This document shows positions 27,186 through 30,695 of a stretch of DNA of 30,695 nt, one piece after another. Origin of the DNA: Clostridia bacterium (lineage in GTDB: Bacteria > Bacillota > Clostridia > Oscillospirales > CAG-272); contig JAFYMA010000147.1 of the NCBI GenBank assembly GCA_017556845.1, forward strand, positions 1 through 30,695. Reading direction: 5' to 3'. Position 1 is the stretch's first letter; the number at the start of each line of letters is the position of its first letter. The position numbers were made by a program, and so were the translations under genes. The notes beneath the pieces are model-generated. The model made no database searches, had not been told where the DNA came from, and saw only the letters and a list, made by a program, of their open reading frames with translations.

Positions 27186-28438
27186 ATTTCCTCCGCAACA
27201 TTATATTTTTGCATTTTTTCATTTTGAAGTGAAACACTCTGATCGTTTTTATAATATTTATTCACAAGGCTCACATAGCCCTGCTCTTTCATGTCGCCGT
27301 ATCTGAATTCAAACCGTGATTTATTACGTTTTCCCGTGGCTATATATCTTATACAGTCCTGCATATACAGATCTATCTGATGCAAGGAGCGATCTGTGCT
27401 TATCACGGGAAAAAACCACCTCGTCCACGTCAGCTCGTTCGATCTTGGATTATCGAAAAGCTTTCGGTTGAAGCACCGTATAAATACACGGCAGGCTTTT
27501 ATTCTGTCTACGTTGTTTTTGTCTGCCCAGCGGCACAGCGCCCTGCTTTTACGGCGCATCTTCCGTTTCAGTTTTTCCACGGATGCTCTGCAAATATCAA
27601 TTTCGCCGTTATTGTACGAAAAGCCCAAAAACGTCCATTCGGTATACGGCTGTGATACAGATTCCTTTTTTGAATTTATCTTAAGTCCCTTTTCATCCAA
27701 AACGCTTTTTATGTAGGAAATGCACGCTTCAAGCTCGTTTTCATTTTTTGCAAAAACGATAATATCGTCAGAATACCGTGCATACGGTATACCTCTGTCA
27801 AAAAAATATGCATCAAGCTCACTCAGATAAAGATCGGCAAGAAAGCCCGACACGGGAACACCCGCCATTATTCCTCTTTTCTGATATGTAGGCTCGTCGT
27901 TGTATAAAGCGTAGGGATATTCAAGAACGGAACGCAAAAACGAATAAAGGGCAGGATCGTTTGCCAAAGCGTTTTCAAGCATCGGCAACAGCTTTTCAAT
28001 GTCAACGGAATTGAAATAATCGCTGATGTCAAGCTTATACGCATAGTATCCGCTTATGCCGTCGAGCTTCAGAATATCGTTTATGGCATTTTTCACACCG
28101 TTGTTTTTTCTGAATGAATAAAGGTTGGGCGAAAAAATGCCGTCATACTCCGAAAGCATATACGCTATCAGCTTCAATACGTAGTTTTCTTCACGGCGGT
28201 AAACGTATACGGTACGCTTTTTATCCGTATTTGACTTGTTGAGAAGAACCTTTTGCGGTGGTGAAAAACAGCCGTTATTCAATATATCGTCCGCTATCGG
28301 AAGATATTCGCCGTTTTCAATGAATGTAAATAGATCGCCTCTTTCATCTATTGAAAGATTTCCGCACCTTTCTTTATGCTCAAAAAACGCAAGCCATTCT
28401 TCTTTATTTTTCAAACGCTCAAGTATACTGATGTGCAT
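27182..28438 (-). CDS. Stand-alone group II-like reverse transcriptase (YSDD), not within an intron
   Basis: RT1 PQKVLLNKSNTDKKRTV, RT2 FSPNLYSFR, RT3 KLDISDYFNSVD, RT4 GIMAGVPVSGFLADLYL, RT5 YARYSDD, RT6 GLKINSKK, RT7 FLGF, then a thumb-like C-terminal region with no endonuclease domain. GGAG RBS. Confidence 0.92.
   Translation of the reverse strand: MHISILERLKNKEEWLAFFEHKERCGNLSIDERGDLFTFIENGEYLPIADDILNNGCFSPPQKVLLNKSNTDKKRTVYVYRREENYVLKLIAYMLSEYDGIFSPNLYSFRKNNGVKNAINDILKLDGISGYYAYKLDISDYFNSVDIEKLLPMLENALANDPALYSFLRSVLEYPYALYNDEPTYQKRGIMAGVPVSGFLADLYLSELDAYFFDRGIPYARYSDDIIVFAKNENELEACISYIKSVLDEKGLKINSKKESVSQPYTEWTFLGFSYNNGEIDICRASVEKLKRKMRRKSRALCRWADKNNVDRIKACRVFIRCFNRKLFDNPRSNELTWTRWFFPVISTDRSLHQIDLYMQDCIRYIATGKRNKSRFEFRYGDMKEQGYVSLVNKYYKNDQSVSLQNEKMQKYNVAEEI
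27200..27228 (-). promoter_or_regulatory. Candidate promoter for the alpha-galactosidase, embedded in the RT 3' tail
   Basis: TTCAAA-17 bp-TATAAT directly before a GGAGG RBS; the resulting leader would be very short. Confidence 0.45.
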
Positions 28439-28452
28439 AAACGCTCCAAAAT

Positions 28453-28590
28453 AAAAAGACAGAGAGAAAATGCTTTAACAGCATAATTTTATGCTACTAA
28501 ACCGTACACGGACAAGCTACCTGCAAAGCTGTATGCAGTCCGTGCTTTGTTCACCGCAGGTGCAATAATGCGTTTCTCTCTGTTTTAAGC
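28453..28590 (-). ncRNA. Putative RT-associated structured non-coding RNA
   Basis: An 11 bp perfect IR (28459-28469 / 28573-28583) encloses three hairpins: CACC/GGTG, GCACGGAC/GTCCGTGT and AGCATA/TATGCT. It fills the gap directly upstream of the RT. Expression is not shown. Confidence 0.6.
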
Positions 28591-28603
28591 TGTTTTGACG
28601 TAT

Positions 28604-29056
28604 TTACAGATTTTCCTTTATTCTGTTCAATACGTAATTCTTTTCGTTTTCCCAACCGATATAAAATCTCATATACGGTATATTCTGCTCGTCAAGAATC
28701 GTATACGTGCCGACGGCGGGCATCGTCGTACGCTGATTTACACGCATTATCATAACTGCAAGGACGGGTGATCCATCCTTTTTGAACAGAAAAGTGATAG
28801 GAAAGCATTTCGGGTGGGCGTTACTGTCAAATCTGGACAGCATCACGTTTTGCTCTATACTGTATCCGGGAAAATTATCCTCGGTAAGCAAGGATGCGAA
28901 ATACTGAACGTTTGCGTTCGGGTTCGTGTCAACGAATTTTTTGAATTTAACGCTCTGCTCCTGCATTACAGGCTCTTTTTGTTCAGGCGTTTTCTGTGTG
29001 TTACCATCGGATGACGGCGAAAGCACCGCCTTAAGCAATTTATCTAAAAATCCCAT
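28604..29056 (-). CDS. Hypothetical 150 aa protein; C-terminal domain resembles a degenerate PD-(D/E)xK/DUF2726-like fold
   Basis: AAGGAG RBS before MGFLDKLL; IEQNV...PITFLF...PVLAVMI...IPYMRF pattern. The ORF is well supported; the fold call is tentative. Confidence 0.6.
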   Translation of the reverse strand: MGFLDKLLKAVLSPSSDGNTQKTPEQKEPVMQEQSVKFKKFVDTNPNANVQYFASLLTEDNFPGYSIEQNVMLSRFDSNAHPKCFPITFLFKKDGSPVLAVMIMRVNQRTTMPAVGTYTILDEQNIPYMRFYIGWENEKNYVLNRIKENL

Positions 29057-29080
29057 AAGTATCAACTCCTTTACAATTGA

Positions 29081-29109
29081 ATTTTATCACACAAAGTAAA
29101 AAAAGTCAA
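29081..29109 (-). promoter_or_regulatory. sigma-A promoter upstream of the hypothetical-ncRNA-RT unit
   Basis: TTGACT-17 bp-TAAAAT with extended -10 TG. Confidence 0.82.
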
Positions 29110-29164
29110 TAGCAAACGGCTATGAGCACACATTGACGCAATGCGGTATTAAAAAGCGGATCCG

Positions 29165-29710
29165 TCAGGATTCAAGATGCCTTGATAAGAAATTGCAGGC
29201 GGACAGAGTGAGCTTCAGCTCAACGTCGCTGCAGGCAGGATCGCTTTCTGAATCCTTGGCTATAATACATACACAGCCCGATACGTCGCCGCCCGAAATT
29301 ATCGGCGATGCACATACTATATGATAGCGGCTGTCGGGGCAGATATACAGCTTGGCACTTTCCCCATTGAACGCAAACGTCTTGCGTTTTTCCATAAGCT
29401 CCTCAAGCTCTCGGCTGATCTTTCTGTCCGAAAGCTCCTTTTTCGAAGCTCCCGCCAAAGCTACTATCTCGTCACGGTCACAAACGGCAATGCAAAGCCC
29501 CGATGCCTTGTTTATCGACTCAACGCAGTCGGTGGCAAAGCCGCTGAGCTGTGCCATATGCGAATACTTTTTAAAAATGACCTCACCGTCTTTATCGGTA
29601 AATATTTCAAGCGGCTCTCCCTCTCTTATTCTGAGAGTGCGGCGTATCTCCTTAGGAATGACCACCCGCCCCAAATCGTCGATTCTTCTCACAATACCTG
29701 TTGCTTTCAT
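29165..29710 (-). CDS. spoVT: Stage V sporulation protein T (AbrB-type DNA-binding domain plus GAF-like domain)
   Basis: MKATGIVRRIDDLGRVVIPKEIRRTLRIREGEPLEIF, C-terminal PIISGGDVSGCV and FLSRHLE. AGGAG RBS before ATG at 29710. Confidence 0.93.
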   Translation of the reverse strand: MKATGIVRRIDDLGRVVIPKEIRRTLRIREGEPLEIFTDKDGEVIFKKYSHMAQLSGFATDCVESINKASGLCIAVCDRDEIVALAGASKKELSDRKISRELEELMEKRKTFAFNGESAKLYICPDSRYHIVCASPIISGGDVSGCVCIIAKDSESDPACSDVELKLTLSACNFLSRHLES

Positions 29711-29793
29711 ATATACATTTCTCCTTAAATTACAAATTGTGTTGTTAGTATTTGTCAGCAAAGAAAAATTATACTGCTTTTAAAAAACGTTTA

Positions 29794-29822
29794 TTGACTT
29801 TTTTATCTACATATGATATTAT
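29794..29822 (+). promoter_or_regulatory. sigma-A promoter, divergent from spoVT
   Basis: TTGACT-17 bp-TATTAT with extended -10 TG. Confidence 0.75.
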
Positions 29823-29900
29823 TGAAGGGATGTTGCAGGTTGAGTAGGAAAGCAATATTTATAGCTGAACTTGTTTCTAAAATGATAGGAAGAAAGAAAA

Positions 29901-30272
29901 ATAGCAAAAAATACCATCCAATACGTTGAACCAAATATCTCAGATTTAGTAAATGGTTGGCTCAAATCATATAAAGTAGATTATAAGTTAGAGCAAGAAT
30001 CTTTGAACACGGAAATAGATCAGGCTCTCAATGACTATTTTTCTAAAAATGGCGGTAATCGTCCCGATACCAAACTGATTTTGAAAGCCAATGACGGCAA
30101 GGATTATCCCGTTCTTATTGAGTATAAAGGGTATAAAGATAAGCTCCTCGTTAAACTGGATGATGAGGGGAACGTTGCTAACAAAACTTCAAAGAATCAG
30201 CCCGACTTTGCTAACATCAACTCTTATGCAGTAAACGGTGCTGTTCATTATGCAAACGCTGTATTACATTAT
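29901..30272 (+). pseudogene. 5' fragment of a BcgI-like/type IIG restriction-modification enzyme (N-terminal nuclease domain)
   Basis: The frame reads (ATA)AKNTIQYVEPNISDLVNGWLKSY...EQESLN.EID.AL...NRPD...LIEYKG...YAVNGAVHYANAVLHY. There is an in-frame TAG at 29886 and no ATG, so the start appears mutated to ATA. Similarity stops abruptly at ~30272. Confidence 0.75.
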
Positions 30273-30369
30273 TATTACTCAGTATGTTCAGTTCCTCAGA
30301 ACTAACATTGAGCAGGGTTATTTCGATACTGAAACTCAGAACATCGGCCTTGCTGACGCTTTTAAATAA
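30268..30369 (+). pseudogene. Possible orphan 3' end of an unrelated gene
   Basis: A different frame reads IIITQYVQFLRTNIEQGYFDTETQNIGLADAFK* with biased codons (ACT, AAC, TTC, GCT), followed by a strong hairpin. It has no start of its own. Confidence 0.4.
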
Positions 30370-30383
30370 GAACAATTGGCAAA

Positions 30384-30418
30384 ATCGGGAGCCGTCGATG
30401 CTCTCGACGGTTCCCGAT
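30384..30418. terminator. 15 bp GC-rich hairpin (terminator or stabiliser)
   Basis: ATCGGGAGCCGTCGA-TGCTC-TCGACGGTTCCCGAT with one G-U pair. The U-tract is weak on + and short on -. Confidence 0.6.
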
Positions 30419-30487
30419 GAATTGCCCACTAACTTTAAAAAATGTTCCGAAATATGGATTTATATATTGATTACGGGAGTAGGAAAA

Positions 30488-30695
30488 ATGAAAAGAATTA
30501 TATTTCTTGTGATGATTACTTTGCTTGTTGTGGGGGCGTGCGGCTGTATGCGAGGTAGAACGAACCCTGGAACCGTTGATGAAAAAGATAAGACAGCAGA
30601 AGACTACCTAATAACTAAGTATGGTAGTGAGTTTTCTTTTTTATCAAATGGTGATGATGTTTGGTCATCGAAATCTAAAAGCTTGATTTTTTCAG
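30488..30695 (+). CDS. Putative lipoprotein, truncated by the window edge
   Basis: Manual translation: MKRIIFLVMITLLVVGACGCMRGRTNPGTVDEKDKTAEDYLITKYGSEF... with lipobox-like GACGC and a GGAG/AGGA RBS; open to the end of the window. Confidence 0.75.
   Translation, partial: MKRIIFLVMITLLVVGACGCMRGRTNPGTVDEKDKTAEDYLITKYGSEFSFLSNGDDVWSSKSKSLIFS

Noticed and set aside
27182-28603. Group II intron
   Set aside because: No flanking intron RNA: only 165 bp upstream, the stop overlaps the next gene, and no domain V/VI or GUGYG boundary is recognisable.
27182-28603. Classical retron
   Set aside because: The RNA architecture is reminiscent, but the RT lacks the NAxxH and VTG signatures and has group II-like FLGF and RT2 motifs.
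24399-29056. Diversity-generating retroelement (TR/VR pair)
   Set aside because: By eye I found no ~100 bp near-duplicate differing at adenines, no Avd-like gene, and no GxxxSQ RT4 motif. A target outside the window cannot be excluded.
30003-30305. Intact 100 aa protein as called by the ORF track
   Set aside because: Homology-like sequence extends upstream of the TTG to 29901 and the last residues come from an unrelated segment, so it is a pseudogene fragment.

Overview
A 30.7 kb chromosomal window from a spore-forming clostridial Firmicute (spoVT, consensus sigma-A promoters). From left to right: (1) a minus-strand starch/glycogen operon with a DUF5722-like surface protein, malQ and a lipoprotein pullulanase that runs off the left edge and is absent from the ORF track; (2) mtaB-rluA-lnt; (3) a YwaF-like membrane protein and a cysteine desulfurase-DUF3343 pair; (4) an unusual 1168 aa Lgt-like/FTP-PepSY-like fusion protein; (5) an intact IS3-family element with a 3 bp target duplication, inserted into that gene's terminator; (6) rarA; (7) a hypothetical-acetyltransferase-glmM-glmS amino-sugar cluster; (8) a repeat-stalk surface protein and a GH36 alpha-galactosidase; (9) a stand-alone group II-like reverse transcriptase (YSDD) preceded by a ~135 nt structured non-coding segment closed by an 11 bp inverted repeat and by a 150 aa unknown gene under a strong promoter; (10) spoVT; (11) an AT-rich scar region with a restriction-modification pseudogene fragment, an orphan gene tail and a partial lipoprotein gene. 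The best candidate for an undescribed system is the small protein-ncRNA-RT unit at 27182-29109. All family assignments come from motif recognition by eye. No database searches or folding programs were run.
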